Origin: a virus
DNA: 58,303 bases
Direction: 5' to 3' (one strand)
Virus record (IMG/VR): IMGVR_UViG_3300045988_124525
Span: 1-58,303 of that record
A model generated the notes under the pieces. That model had not been told where the DNA came from. It saw only the letters and a program-made list of their open reading frames with translations, and did no database searches. Position 1 is the first letter of the stretch, and each line of letters begins with the position of its first letter. A program made the position numbers and the translations under genes. Below are positions 43,409-53,389 of the stretch, one piece after another.

Positions 43409-43606
43409 CTATTTATCTTTATCAAGTGACATTTTCGAGTCCCCGAAGACGGATGTCTTGGTATCCGTGTCCGGGATTCTCTTTCTTGTCCCAACCGGGG
43501 TCTTTGAGGATATATCGATCATGCCAAGCTCCTTTCGTATGGAATTCTCCTGAATGACCTTGTCGACCTCCAGCTCCTCACCCGTTATAATTATAGAAAC
43601 CCTCAT
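43409..43606 (-). CDS. Hypothetical small head-associated protein
   Basis: Start MRVSIIITGEELEV lies just after the capsid stop. Confidence 0.4.
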   Translation of the reverse strand: MRVSIIITGEELEVDKVIQENSIRKELGMIDISSKTPVGTRKRIPDTDTKTSVFGDSKMSLDKDK

Positions 43607-43617
43607 GTCATTATGTA

Positions 43618-45288
43618 TTAAGAGGATTTCTTGATAGCGGTCAATACGTCGGATAACTTGCCATAGGCGAACGCCCACGGGTTGTATACCGGCATGATAA
43701 CCTCCTCGTCCACGATCACCGCCGTCTGGTTTTTCAATCGGCTCTCGATATCATCGGCGAACTCGATATTGATAGAGGTATAATCCACCAAGGAGGCCCC
43801 GTTAACCATGTCCCCTACGAAATAATACCCCGGCATGATACAAGTGGTCTCGACAACGGGTCTTCCGGCCACGTATTTCACGCCGTTCACCAACGTCACG
43901 AGATTCAAGTCCCGACCGGACGTATCCTTCAAGGTCTCGATCTCAAACAAGGTGGATGGGTTCATGGCGATCATATTCGGGGTATACTCAGCGTACGTCA
44001 TGACGCCAAAGATAGCCTTGACAGCGTCCCCTAGGTTCGGGGAGGCGACGGTGTTGAAGAAATTATTCTTCACCTCGAAAGTAGCGGAGGTAAACACCCC
44101 TGAGCCTGTATAAGCAACCTCGACCATGATCTCCCGATCATTCATCTTATGGACGTCGAAAGTGTCGTTCAAAGCCGTGAACGTGGTTACACCCTCTATC
44201 TTGATCTTCTGGCCGTCGACGATCTTGTCCTGCGGGTTGGTAAACTCCACGATAGTGGCTTTTCCGCCATTGTAGCTTCTCGCTCCCTTGATAGATCCGG
44301 CCTCTCCGCTGACAACCGCGTCGGTTATGATATCGGAAACGCATTTAACACCATCGTATTTGGTGATACCTTTCAGGTTATCACCCGTTCCATCACCGAA
44401 CATGATCTGGAAATCCTCGGCCATCCTTACCCATGAGGATAAGCGATTGATCAACCATGAGCGAACATATACCCTAGATTTGAGCAATCTCTTGGACAAA
44501 TAGAGGAAGGTACCGACACGCTTAACCTCCGAGCTCTCCTCCTTTAACTTGAAGGATGATTGGGATAACCGCCCGTTCTCGGACACGAAAGTGGCGTTAC
44601 GATCCAAGTCGTAGATCAACTGCCATGTCAACATCGGGAAGGCGGGATCACCCTGATCGACGCTCATGAGATTACGGAAATTGGTCTTTTTCTCGCTTAC
44701 CTGCGTAACGACCCTGTTTTGCTGCTGACTGATCAAGATATTGCCCGTATAACTATCCGTCATACTGACCACGCCCTTCAAATCCAAATGGAAATTCCCG
44801 GAGGACTTCGTCTTACCATCTACATATTGCTTGAATTTCTCAGAGTCAAGGAACTCATTGATACTTTTCTCAAGAGGGCTATCTCCCCCCAAGGTGATGC
44901 CACGCCCCTTCATTTGCTCAATCTCCTTGCCCATAGACTTGATGATATCACGAATCTCCGTGACTTCCTTATTGTTATTACCGGAACCTAGAGATTTAAG
45001 CTTCTCGCTAATCCCGGACATCGTCTCCTCGTACTCCTTCCTGTCTATGACATTAGATCCGTAATCCTCCAGACACTTGTTGACCATCTTCTCGATAGTC
45101 CCAAGCGTTTGTTTCTCCTCGTCACTCAACTCACTCTCCTTCTTGGCGAAACCGGAGAAGGACAATACCGGCGCAACCGCCAAGGCATAGGCCGGATCGC
45201 CCACGCATGCGATAACGGCAAAAACCACCAAGGTCAACGCCATGATAGCGAGACCTCCTAAATTCTCATAAAAACCTTTCTTCAACAT
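43618..45288 (-). CDS. Major capsid protein (HK97-like) with a long N-terminal domain
   Basis: Follows the prohead protease. 556 aa. The N-terminal coiled-coil region resembles a scaffold/delta domain. Confidence 0.7.
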   Translation of the reverse strand: MLKKGFYENLGGLAIMALTLVVFAVIACVGDPAYALAVAPVLSFSGFAKKESELSDEEKQTLGTIEKMVNKCLEDYGSNVIDRKEYEETMSGISEKLKSLGSGNNNKEVTEIRDIIKSMGKEIEQMKGRGITLGGDSPLEKSINEFLDSEKFKQYVDGKTKSSGNFHLDLKGVVSMTDSYTGNILISQQQNRVVTQVSEKKTNFRNLMSVDQGDPAFPMLTWQLIYDLDRNATFVSENGRLSQSSFKLKEESSEVKRVGTFLYLSKRLLKSRVYVRSWLINRLSSWVRMAEDFQIMFGDGTGDNLKGITKYDGVKCVSDIITDAVVSGEAGSIKGARSYNGGKATIVEFTNPQDKIVDGQKIKIEGVTTFTALNDTFDVHKMNDREIMVEVAYTGSGVFTSATFEVKNNFFNTVASPNLGDAVKAIFGVMTYAEYTPNMIAMNPSTLFEIETLKDTSGRDLNLVTLVNGVKYVAGRPVVETTCIMPGYYFVGDMVNGASLVDYTSINIEFADDIESRLKNQTAVIVDEEVIMPVYNPWAFAYGKLSDVLTAIKKSS

Positions 45289-45299
45289 AAATAAATTAA

Positions 45300-46256
45300 T
45301 TAATTGTTATTAATAAGATCACCTAGAGACCCTAAAGTGCATCTAGCGGCTTTATGTTTCTCTATCTGAGTGGAGTCTTCCGGCTCAGATATAAGGGTGT
45401 TGCTTCTATATATTCTGGAATAACATTTAGGACAGCGGACATAAGAGGCGAAATCATCAACGGATTTCTTGGAGTTGATTATCTCCAAGATACGGTCTTG
45501 CAACTCCGGCTTGATCTTTTCCATCTCCTGATATACCACATCCTCCGTTATCCATCGTGAATAGTCACCGACGGCATCGATCACTTGGCTCTCCAACGTG
45601 TGTTCCGGTACTGACCCATAATCGAAAGCCAGTCCGCAATGAGGGCACTGTACTATATTAGATCCGATCAACGCTTTCTCTATGATAGATATGTTAGCCT
45701 CAAGAGCCTTGAGCTTATCTCCGCTATATCTCTTATTTAAAGCGTCACGCATCATATTTATATGATCTCTCAAGTCACTACCCCTCAATTCCTTTATATC
45801 CATCAAGAATGTCTGAGGATTAGCACCCCAATGGGTCAGCGTGCTATACTCGCCCAAGAACCACTCCTTAACGATAGCCGGGTTATTGGAATCCCGCTTC
45901 ACGGCCCTGACGCCCACGGAATGCTCCAAGGTCTTGCCATGATCCCTGTATAGCTTGTAATCCTCCAGCGTCTCTACGCCTATCTGCTTCTTTAGATTGA
46001 TCTGCCCGGTCATGACCAGATTGCCATCCTCCTCCACTCCCTCTATAGGGCAGCCAAGAAGCTTGGTCTTGTCATGGTTGAGAAACCACTTGCACCTGTT
46101 GAAATTCTCTTGGAGCGTCTTGGAGAAAGAACCGGGAGACGATATATCGCCGTCGCTGTCCTTTATCCCGATACCATTAACGGCCACCTTGACTATTCCT
46201 TTCTCATCCACGTCCGTGGACTTGGTCTTAAATAATATGCTTCTATACGGTTCCAT
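45300..46256 (-). CDS. HK97-family prohead protease with a C-terminal zinc-ribbon extension
   Basis: DSDGDISSPGSFSKTL...WFLNHDKTKLLG...EHSVGV is the S78-like pattern. The first 8 codons of ORF ..46280 come from hairpin copy C. Confidence 0.65.
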   Translation of the reverse strand: MEPYRSILFKTKSTDVDEKGIVKVAVNGIGIKDSDGDISSPGSFSKTLQENFNRCKWFLNHDKTKLLGCPIEGVEEDGNLVMTGQINLKKQIGVETLEDYKLYRDHGKTLEHSVGVRAVKRDSNNPAIVKEWFLGEYSTLTHWGANPQTFLMDIKELRGSDLRDHINMMRDALNKRYSGDKLKALEANISIIEKALIGSNIVQCPHCGLAFDYGSVPEHTLESQVIDAVGDYSRWITEDVVYQEMEKIKPELQDRILEIINSKKSVDDFASYVRCPKCYSRIYRSNTLISEPEDSTQIEKHKAARCTLGSLGDLINNN

Positions 46257-46267
46257 ATCGGTATAAA

Positions 46268-46325
46268 TAAAAAGAGCCATCCCCCGCAGGATATGACTCC
46301 CGCCGGGTATGGCTCTTAGGCTCTA
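46268..46325 (-). repeat. Late-operon hairpin element, copy C
   Basis: Minus strand: tagagcctaagagccatacccggcgggagtcatatcctgcgggggatggctctttttatttata, then ccgatATG. Confidence 0.65.
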
Positions 46326-46387
46326 ATTTCTTTTTTGTTATGTCCTACAAATATAGGGTTAATATATTAAAAAGCAAAACTATAGAA

Positions 46388-47839
46388 TCATTTTTTATCA
46401 TCATCAACATCACCCCTATCGTCATCGCCCTCGTCGGACGGTTTTTTATTATCAGAAGTCCCTCCAGAAGAGGATGAGACGCTCCTTGATGGACCGCCAG
46501 ACCTAGCTAAGGATATGATCTCCTTGACCAAGGCCAATTCCTCGGTAGACATATCGTAAACCAACTTGTCATACAAGGGGTTCCCTACCTTGCTCTCCCC
46601 TATCTGCGCTCTCCAGTCATTCAGCGTCAATACGCCTCCCACGAATTCCTTCTGGCATTTCTCCGATACGATACGCCTCTTCTCTACCATATCCTTATCA
46701 CGTACTTGCAATACGCTTACGCCACTAAAATCCACGTCTATATACATGCCGGACTTATCAAGGCCAAGAAAGGAGGTCATCGATCGGCAGAATTTCCGGG
46801 CCTCAGGAATAACGATATTGGAATAAACGGAGACCTCGGCGATATCCTGATTATCGTATTTGGCCATATCCTTGCGTGGAATCAGCGCTGAAGGTATACC
46901 ATATATACCGGCTATCTGTATAGCGTCCGCCAAAGTCTCCTCGAAAGGCATAAGTTCTTGGATGGACATGTTTATCCTCACGAACTCCGTAGGGACATCC
47001 ACAATGCTCATCTGGGACCTGTCATTAGTCAACCCATAATTATCATTCCACTCCTTCCTTATGTTTCTCTTCTCCTTGTCGGTGAGTGGAAGGGAACCAT
47101 CAGCGTCATATTTCTTGCTTATCAGCAATCCCAAGGCCCCCCTTTTAACGTATATGACATTCCTTGCCTCGTACACGGCGACCAAGTTGGCGATAGGATA
47201 ACGTTGGGTCTCCAACCTGCTACGTCCCTTTAGGTATGAGCTATTCAATCGCATATTTATATCCTTGTAGTGGATGACCAGAGACGGGTCTATATCCATA
47301 AGCCCCGAGTTGGTGGAAATACGATAGCTGTTGATTATATCCTCCTTTGTTGACGGCTGGAACAAGGGAATGGACATCGGGCTGTTTATCACGACCTGAT
47401 CACTTGGCAAGACCCAATAGGTATCGCACCATTTCCATAGCTCCTTAGGCTTTATCCCCCCTACAGACGGGGAGGCCTGCCAGAATCCATTACCTGTCAC
47501 ATACTTATAGACAAAAAACATCTTAACCAAATCCTCGAACGAGAATAAAGGGTTAGGATCGCTAAAAAAACGGTTCATCTCCTCGTTATTGAACACCACG
47601 GAATCATCCTTCGCTAATTTTAATTGATAATTGCCGCCCGCTATCCTGCTAGCCAAGAAATCCACGGGGAAAAAGACCTCTCCCATGGTCTCGAAAGCCT
47701 CGATAAAATTCCCGGAACAGGTATAGGGGCTGAACACCCCCAGATAACCGGACAAATCCACGAGTCCTCTCGACCTTGGAGGACGATCGGGCACATTCGC
47801 CACCTTATCCTCTTTCCTGAAAAAATCAAACAAACCCAT
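46388..47839 (-). CDS. Portal protein
   Basis: 483 aa between the large terminase and the protease. Acidic C-terminus. Confidence 0.7.
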   Translation of the reverse strand: MGLFDFFRKEDKVANVPDRPPRSRGLVDLSGYLGVFSPYTCSGNFIEAFETMGEVFFPVDFLASRIAGGNYQLKLAKDDSVVFNNEEMNRFFSDPNPLFSFEDLVKMFFVYKYVTGNGFWQASPSVGGIKPKELWKWCDTYWVLPSDQVVINSPMSIPLFQPSTKEDIINSYRISTNSGLMDIDPSLVIHYKDINMRLNSSYLKGRSRLETQRYPIANLVAVYEARNVIYVKRGALGLLISKKYDADGSLPLTDKEKRNIRKEWNDNYGLTNDRSQMSIVDVPTEFVRINMSIQELMPFEETLADAIQIAGIYGIPSALIPRKDMAKYDNQDIAEVSVYSNIVIPEARKFCRSMTSFLGLDKSGMYIDVDFSGVSVLQVRDKDMVEKRRIVSEKCQKEFVGGVLTLNDWRAQIGESKVGNPLYDKLVYDMSTEELALVKEIISLARSGGPSRSVSSSSGGTSDNKKPSDEGDDDRGDVDDDKK

Positions 47840-47851
47840 AATATATTCGTT

Positions 47852-49891
47852 TTAAATATTGTTTCGTACCAAAATCTCCGCTATAGCGGATAGGCAACAC
47901 AGCGACTCCCCTCCATCCTTGCCCCCATAATCTAGCATATTCTCGACAAACGACAGATAATCATCCTTCTCCTCGTAATTGTCGAGAAAATAAAATCGAT
48001 CTCTCACGGTCTCCGAATGGGCGGATATCCTCAATCTTGCATCGGAAGCCCTCTTCCTTATCCTTATATCGCACTCCCCGGTCTCCCTTATCTCCCTAGC
48101 TACAGGGAAATAAGCCTTGTCGCTCTCAAACACGACATCACTCCATCCTATAGGACGCAAGAAATCCTTTAGAACTCCAGCCTCCGTGATATCCCTCAAC
48201 GAGGCATCCAGAACGTACGCCTTCCCGTTCATCAACGCCACCTTTGCCATACCCGCAAGCCCGTCAGGATTGACTGCCACATAGACCATCCTCATGGCGT
48301 TCGATATATCCAATTTTACGTGATCGTAATATCTCATATCCTCCTCCTTATTTTTATTGTGCCTTCTCCTTAGCGAGAAAGACGTATACCTATCCTTTAA
48401 TATCTCCGTGACAAAATAACGTTTTGCATCGCTAAGGTGACCTGCCTTCTCGTAGGACTGACCCGTAATCTTGTCCTTTACCCTCTGCTTGAGCATCGCC
48501 CCGTTGACATCCTTCTTTACGGTGATATAATCGTTTATCGATGTCTCGCAACTCTCGTCGATCATGATGGACACGTCTTTTATATCTCCGGAATATATCG
48601 CATTGATAAACTCCCCTGTCATGGATACGGATGGGTTCGATCTAGGCAACCTGTCCTCGCTGCGGAATCTCTTGTCTATACCCTCCTTGAACTTATCGAA
48701 AAAAGACCTCTTATCGTCATCTATCGTATTCCCGGCCTTGGTCGATACATCCCCATAAAGATAGACCATATCATCATGCCCTATCCCCTCCAGATATTCA
48801 ACGGCGATCTCGGCGGCCTTGGTGACCGTGTTGAACGGATCGGACGGGGTTTCCTCGTGAATCTGCCTTATCCTCGTTATATCCCCGATCTCAACCTGCC
48901 AAAAAGAGATGGAGATATAAGGCAGGACGTTGTTATCTATCGATATATGCACGGGAGCCTTGACATATGGGCACTTGCCCTTATGCTTGGCGGGGTCGAA
49001 GGCGTGGAAGAACTCGCCACCCGTCCTTATCGTCCCCCACTCGCCCAAGGCGTATATCAGATAATAAGCATAATCCCTTTCCTTATCCCTCTCGAAATCC
49101 GCTATCGTCTGAGCGTCATAAAAGCCATACGTGCCATCAGGAGACCCTACGACCCAGAAATTATTAAGATAGGTGGACTTGATGATAACCATATCCGGGC
49201 GGTGCGTCTCGTAAGTCTTTTTTCTTGGATTGTATATGGTCCGCTCGGAATTGACCCATTTCCTCCCTATCTCGGAATATTCCTTTGGCAGTATCTTACC
49301 CGTTACGCTATCCTTGAGCTTCCCGTACAGATGATTGTCCACCTCGGTCAATGTCTCGGTATCAAATATCTTTTTCTTGATCCAATGATCCTCCGATATC
49401 GGGTTAAATAGAGCTACGATCTTCTGTCCCTTGCGACCACGGAGACGCTTCCTTATCTGTTTCAAGTCGGATTCATCGAACTCGGATATCTCCTCGCAAA
49501 ACACGTACTGATAAGATTCGAGACCCTTGATCTTCTCCGGATCGTCCAGCCCTTTGAACCGGATATAGGAACCGTTGAAACACTTTATAAGGTTCTCCAA
49601 GGGCTTGAAGAAAGACTCTATATGCAGGGACTTAGCCGCCTCTTGGAATGTCTTGTAAATACTGTCCACTATGGTAGCGCCGGTCTTACGGAATACCATC
49701 GTGTTATAGCCCTTGGATATACATTCTAACAAGAAGGCTTGGGCCGCTGAGAAAGACTTGGCGGAAGACGATCCCCCGTACATGAAGATGAACCTTATAT
49801 CGTCATTCCCCAACGCCAGCTTCAAATGGTGAAAGTTCGGATTGAACCTCTTGTAGCTTATTATCCTCCTGTTATCCGTATCAGCTCCCAA
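47852..49891 (-). CDS. terL: Terminase large subunit
   Basis: Walker-A-like FMYGGSSSAKS plus a nuclease-type C-terminal half. The start appears to be TTG. Confidence 0.85.
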   Translation of the reverse strand: MGADTDNRRIISYKRFNPNFHHLKLALGNDDIRFIFMYGGSSSAKSFSAAQAFLLECISKGYNTMVFRKTGATIVDSIYKTFQEAAKSLHIESFFKPLENLIKCFNGSYIRFKGLDDPEKIKGLESYQYVFCEEISEFDESDLKQIRKRLRGRKGQKIVALFNPISEDHWIKKKIFDTETLTEVDNHLYGKLKDSVTGKILPKEYSEIGRKWVNSERTIYNPRKKTYETHRPDMVIIKSTYLNNFWVVGSPDGTYGFYDAQTIADFERDKERDYAYYLIYALGEWGTIRTGGEFFHAFDPAKHKGKCPYVKAPVHISIDNNVLPYISISFWQVEIGDITRIRQIHEETPSDPFNTVTKAAEIAVEYLEGIGHDDMVYLYGDVSTKAGNTIDDDKRSFFDKFKEGIDKRFRSEDRLPRSNPSVSMTGEFINAIYSGDIKDVSIMIDESCETSINDYITVKKDVNGAMLKQRVKDKITGQSYEKAGHLSDAKRYFVTEILKDRYTSFSLRRRHNKNKEEDMRYYDHVKLDISNAMRMVYVAVNPDGLAGMAKVALMNGKAYVLDASLRDITEAGVLKDFLRPIGWSDVVFESDKAYFPVAREIRETGECDIRIRKRASDARLRISAHSETVRDRFYFLDNYEEKDDYLSFVENMLDYGGKDGGESLCCLSAIAEILVRNNI

Positions 49892-49973
49892 AATATTAAA
49901 TATAGAACAATTATAAAATTATAGACCTCGTATTTTTTCTAACAAACATAGCCATTTATTTAAAAATAGAACA

Positions 49974-50510
49974 CTAATCATCTATTCCGGTATCTATTCC
50001 GATCAGCGATTTGCCAAGGTCTACAACGGTTGGAGCGTCAAAGCCAAGCATCTTGCAGATACGTTCTATGGCTTTCAGCTTATCGTGCATCTCTATCTTG
50101 ACATATTCCACGTCAATGATCTCCGGGTCATCGCTCGTCCCTATATTTTTCTTCAGGATTTTAGTAGATATGCTCTTGATAGCCGACTTCTCCTTGTCCG
50201 TTAGACTCTCGAACTCCTTGCGTTCTATCCATGTATTGTGAAGGTGGGCTATGGACGAGAACGCTATGTTACCTAACTCGCCCAGTAATTTCTCCTTGGT
50301 TATATCAGATTTAACTTTCTGCTCCTCTTGCAGTTCCCTTACCCTTGACTGAACCTTGACATCATCCAATAAAGCCGAAGCCTTCTCCCATACGGACTTA
50401 TCTTTCCATTTATCGCAAGAGTAGGCACGCCTGTACGCCTCGGAAGCGTTCCCGCCGCACTCGATATAATAATTACAGAAATTCTCTTGTTTTTGTGTCA
50501 ACCTCTTCAT
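49974..50510 (-). CDS. terS: Terminase small subunit
   Basis: MKRLTQKQENFCNYYIECGGNASEAYRRAY is the Terminase_2 signature. The ATG at 50510 is ATGA-coupled to the upstream small ORF. Confidence 0.75.
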   Translation of the reverse strand: MKRLTQKQENFCNYYIECGGNASEAYRRAYSCDKWKDKSVWEKASALLDDVKVQSRVRELQEEQKVKSDITKEKLLGELGNIAFSSIAHLHNTWIERKEFESLTDKEKSAIKSISTKILKKNIGTSDDPEIIDVEYVKIEMHDKLKAIERICKMLGFDAPTVVDLGKSLIGIDTGIDD

Positions 50511-50665
50511 TTTCCCATAACGATTTTGATTTCTTTCTTGCATTTCTTGCACCAGCAATAATAGACCCCCTTGGAGCCATAATCATAGTGGCCAATCCAA
50601 TTATGATGGACAGGACAGTAAACGTCCACTTGTTGCCTTTGAGATGAGTTGTTATAAAAATCCAT
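50507..50665 (-). CDS. Hypothetical small zinc-ribbon-like protein (52 aa)
   Basis: MDFYNNSSQRQQVDVYCPVHHNW...YYCWCKKCKKEIKIVMGK*. Confidence 0.4.
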   Translation of the reverse strand: MDFYNNSSQRQQVDVYCPVHHNWIGHYDYGSKGVYYCWCKKCKKEIKIVMGK

Positions 50666-50809
50666 AAGTGACCTATATTATATTGTTAAACATAATATCC
50701 AATCAATAATACAAGTCACAAACTTGAAGCAAATATAGACAAAATTATTTATATCCTAAAATCGCAAGGTTAAATTGCGTATATTCGCGGGGTGTTAATC
50801 ATTTATATC

Positions 50810-51041
50810 ATGAACGAGGAACTAAAAAAAACTGCTTGCGTGGTTTGATAACTACAAGATCACATTTAACGAGATAAGATTGTCACAATGCCAATATATC
50901 TTTGACCTCCGAAAATTTATCTCGGTCCAAACGAACTCTGTCCGGAAAAATTGGGACAATCCGACATTTGAATATGATATCATAAGTCTCTATCAACTTA
51001 AAAAGGTCTTGGAGGAAAAAGAGAAAGAAAATAAGGAATGA
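50810..51041 (+). pseudogene. ORF interrupted by a frame change at an A8 tract
   Basis: ATG at 50810 (frame 2) gives MNEELKK. After the A8 run (50824-50831) a 71-codon startless ORF continues in frame 0 (LLAWFDNYKITFNEIRLSQCQYIFDL...EKENKE*). Confidence 0.4.
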
Positions 51042-51102
51042 CAATCATTGTATCGTGGATATTCCCTAAATTTGTATAGTGTTTAACTAAATAACTAATA
51101 TC

Positions 51103-51318
51103 ATGGCAAGAACTATCAATTATGAGCTAAAGGCTCAAAAAATCAAGGGGCAAATAGACGAGTTAGTAACCGCTCTTTTGGAGGAGAGGAAAAATTCCTT
51201 TGACGAGAAAAATAAGAAAGTAAAGGTTGCAAATGTAGATATAGAAGGGTTGAGCAGCCTTGAGTTGCAACAACTGCAAGTTCGAATTTCAAAGATTTTG
51301 GTCGAAAGGACAAAATAG
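51103..51318 (+). CDS. Hypothetical coiled-coil protein
   Basis: 71-aa ORF followed by a terminator. Confidence 0.5.
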   Translation: MARTINYELKAQKIKGQIDELVTALLEERKNSFDEKNKKVKVANVDIEGLSSLELQQLQVRISKILVERTK

Positions 51319-51345
51319 TTCTATTTGTCGCATCAAAAAAGTATA

Positions 51346-51380
51346 ACGCCCGTGTTTTTTCTGACACGGGCGTGTTTTAT
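51346..51380. terminator. Bidirectional intrinsic terminator
   Basis: 9-bp stem acgcccgtg/cacgggcgt with T tracts on both strands. Confidence 0.7.
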
Positions 51381-51413
51381 TGGTCTATTTTACATTTCGT
51401 AGAGCCCAAATTG

Positions 51414-51635
51414 TCATACAGCCTCCATCCTATTACACACTACATTGTCTATATTCTTAATTATCAATCTTTTAATCTGAATTTCACAATCATTACTACC
51501 TCTATAGAATATATTGAAAATATCTCCCATGTCCACCTCGTCCTCTTTGTACAAGATCTTCCATTGCTCAATAAATATACATTCCGCCCTTTTTAAAATC
51601 TCTAGCAATTCTATAAGCCGATCGCTCCTTTCCAT
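51414..51635 (-). CDS. Hypothetical protein
   Basis: 73-aa ORF downstream of the integrase. Confidence 0.45.
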   Translation of the reverse strand: MERSDRLIELLEILKRAECIFIEQWKILYKEDEVDMGDIFNIFYRGSNDCEIQIKRLIIKNIDNVVCNRMEAV

Positions 51636-51831
51636 AACATTTACGTTTTATGATTGAAAATTATTTAAGACGATACGCAATCATACTCAAGGTTAACCAT
51701 TTAAGCTATACTCTCTTGTCACACGATAAGTAATACTGTTGCCATACTGCCGTATCTTTATAACCATAGGCGGCTTATGAAAGTTTATCATATTACCGTA
51801 TTATTTAGCATCGCTGATAAAAAAAGAAAGA

Positions 51832-53079
51832 TCACCCACGCATCATCATTATATCCCTCCTCATTTCCACATAATCCCGGTAGCGATCCGGATTATTTAT
51901 GTAATCAATCACCCTTGATATAGCCATGTCCGCTTGGAACTTCTTTACTTTCGTATAATAACGTATCACGCCTTTCGATTTGTCCGAGTGTCCCAAGCAA
52001 TAGTCTATGACCCCATCCGGTATACCTATCTCGGAAGCGTATTGGGCGAAAGACTTACGAGCGGAATAATACACCACCTTTTCCGTTATCCCTAGCGACT
52101 GCGCCAACTTGGATAGCGAACGAGAAAGATATCTCGAAAAATTAGGATAAGAGAACTTATATCCGAAATCCAACCTACCAGTCCTCTTATTCATCCATCT
52201 ATCTATAATCTCCCTCGCTTGCTCCGGTATCGAGAACACGATCTTATTGCCTCCCCTTGTCATATTTCTGGACTTGGCCCTCACATACTCCAATGTCTCA
52301 ACTCCCCGGAAATCAATATCAAGGAGATCTATAAGGTTGATACCCCCAAGATAAAATGACAGACAAAACAAATCATGAGCCACCTTTAACCGGCGCTCCG
52401 ATGGATTGGCCGTTCGCAAACGATTGAAGGAATCAAAAGATATATCAACCTCACGCACAGGGGAAGTCGCTATCTGGAAGTTTATAAATGGATGGACATC
52501 ATATTTCACGAGCCTTCTTTTAACCCCTTTATTGATTATCGTCTTGGTATGTCTCATCATCATGGAGTTCGTGGCCTCCCCTATGCCCTTCTTATTCCTC
52601 AAGAACCGAGAATAACCCTCTATCAACTCGGGGGTAATGTCAGACAGGAATATGTCCCCCTTGACGAACTCGGTAAAATACCGGCAATTCCGTTCTATCA
52701 GCTTCGAGTATCCAACACTTCCGTTCTCTATCAATTCCCTCTCATAAGACGAGCTTACGTCCTTAAATGTAGCGATCTCGCTATCTCTCGTGGAATTCAC
52801 CAGCATGCTCTTTATCTGCACGCATGTATACAATGACTGATTCTTGATTGAGTCAAGCTTGTCTTGATACTCATTAAGCATATTCCTCAATCTTTTGTTT
52901 ATAAAAGAAGCGTCCGGTCTCTTTACGACTTGACCGTTCTTAAACTGGGACTCGCTATCTAATATCACGTTCGTCACGATATAACAAGTCTCTCTCTTGT
53001 GGCAGACCGCCACCCTGACCTTGTGCCTCCCATCCTTGAGAGCCTTGGCCTTGAAAAGTGTCAATTTTAAAGTAGCCAT
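51832..53079 (-). CDS. int: Tyrosine integrase (Bacteroidota phage type)
   Basis: MATLKLTLFKAKALKDGRHKVRVAV is an arm-binding N-terminus. YSARKSFAQ, LGHS and RYY are catalytic-region motifs. Confidence 0.9.
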   Translation of the reverse strand: MATLKLTLFKAKALKDGRHKVRVAVCHKRETCYIVTNVILDSESQFKNGQVVKRPDASFINKRLRNMLNEYQDKLDSIKNQSLYTCVQIKSMLVNSTRDSEIATFKDVSSSYERELIENGSVGYSKLIERNCRYFTEFVKGDIFLSDITPELIEGYSRFLRNKKGIGEATNSMMMRHTKTIINKGVKRRLVKYDVHPFINFQIATSPVREVDISFDSFNRLRTANPSERRLKVAHDLFCLSFYLGGINLIDLLDIDFRGVETLEYVRAKSRNMTRGGNKIVFSIPEQAREIIDRWMNKRTGRLDFGYKFSYPNFSRYLSRSLSKLAQSLGITEKVVYYSARKSFAQYASEIGIPDGVIDYCLGHSDKSKGVIRYYTKVKKFQADMAISRVIDYINNPDRYRDYVEMRRDIMMMRG

Positions 53080-53183
53080 ATAGATTAAATTTTTTAGGAT
53101 ACGCGAAGGATAAGCTTTTATGTCCAAAAGTGGACTTTATATCCTTTTTTTTAATCTACAAAAGGGGAAAGATCTAAAACAAA

Positions 53184-53229
53184 AGCGGAAGTTTAACAGC
53201 TAAATATCAAACAATTATAAACTTCCGCT
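53184..53229 (-). terminator. Hairpin terminator following the tRNA 3' fragment
   Basis: 12-bp inverted repeat agcggaagttta/taaacttccgct. On the minus strand it is followed by tttgtttt. Confidence 0.55.
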
Positions 53230-53234
53230 CTTCG

Positions 53235-53276
53235 TGATCAGGATGGGATTCGAACCCATGACCCACAGCTTAGAAG
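53235..53276 (-). other. attP core: 3' 42 nt of a tRNA-Arg(UCU)-like gene
   Basis: Minus strand: cttctaa-gctgt-gggtc-atggg-ttcgaat-cccat-cctgatc-a. That is the anticodon loop (UCU) through the discriminator base. Upstream sequence does not pair, so the homology stops in the loop. Adjacent to int. Confidence 0.7.
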
Positions 53277-53389
53277 TATTTCTCCATTTTGTATCGTATC
53301 GATTTATACATCAAATATTTATTATCACGTTTTAACAGGGCAAGGATACGCTAAAGAACATCATATCATTTTTGCGTATGGCTTTCTCG

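Noticed and set aside
48437-49411. 324-aa plus-strand ORF inside the large terminase gene
   Set aside because: It is antisense to a gene with clear terminase motifs. Its composition is Leu/Arg/Pro/Ile-rich and it has no operon context.
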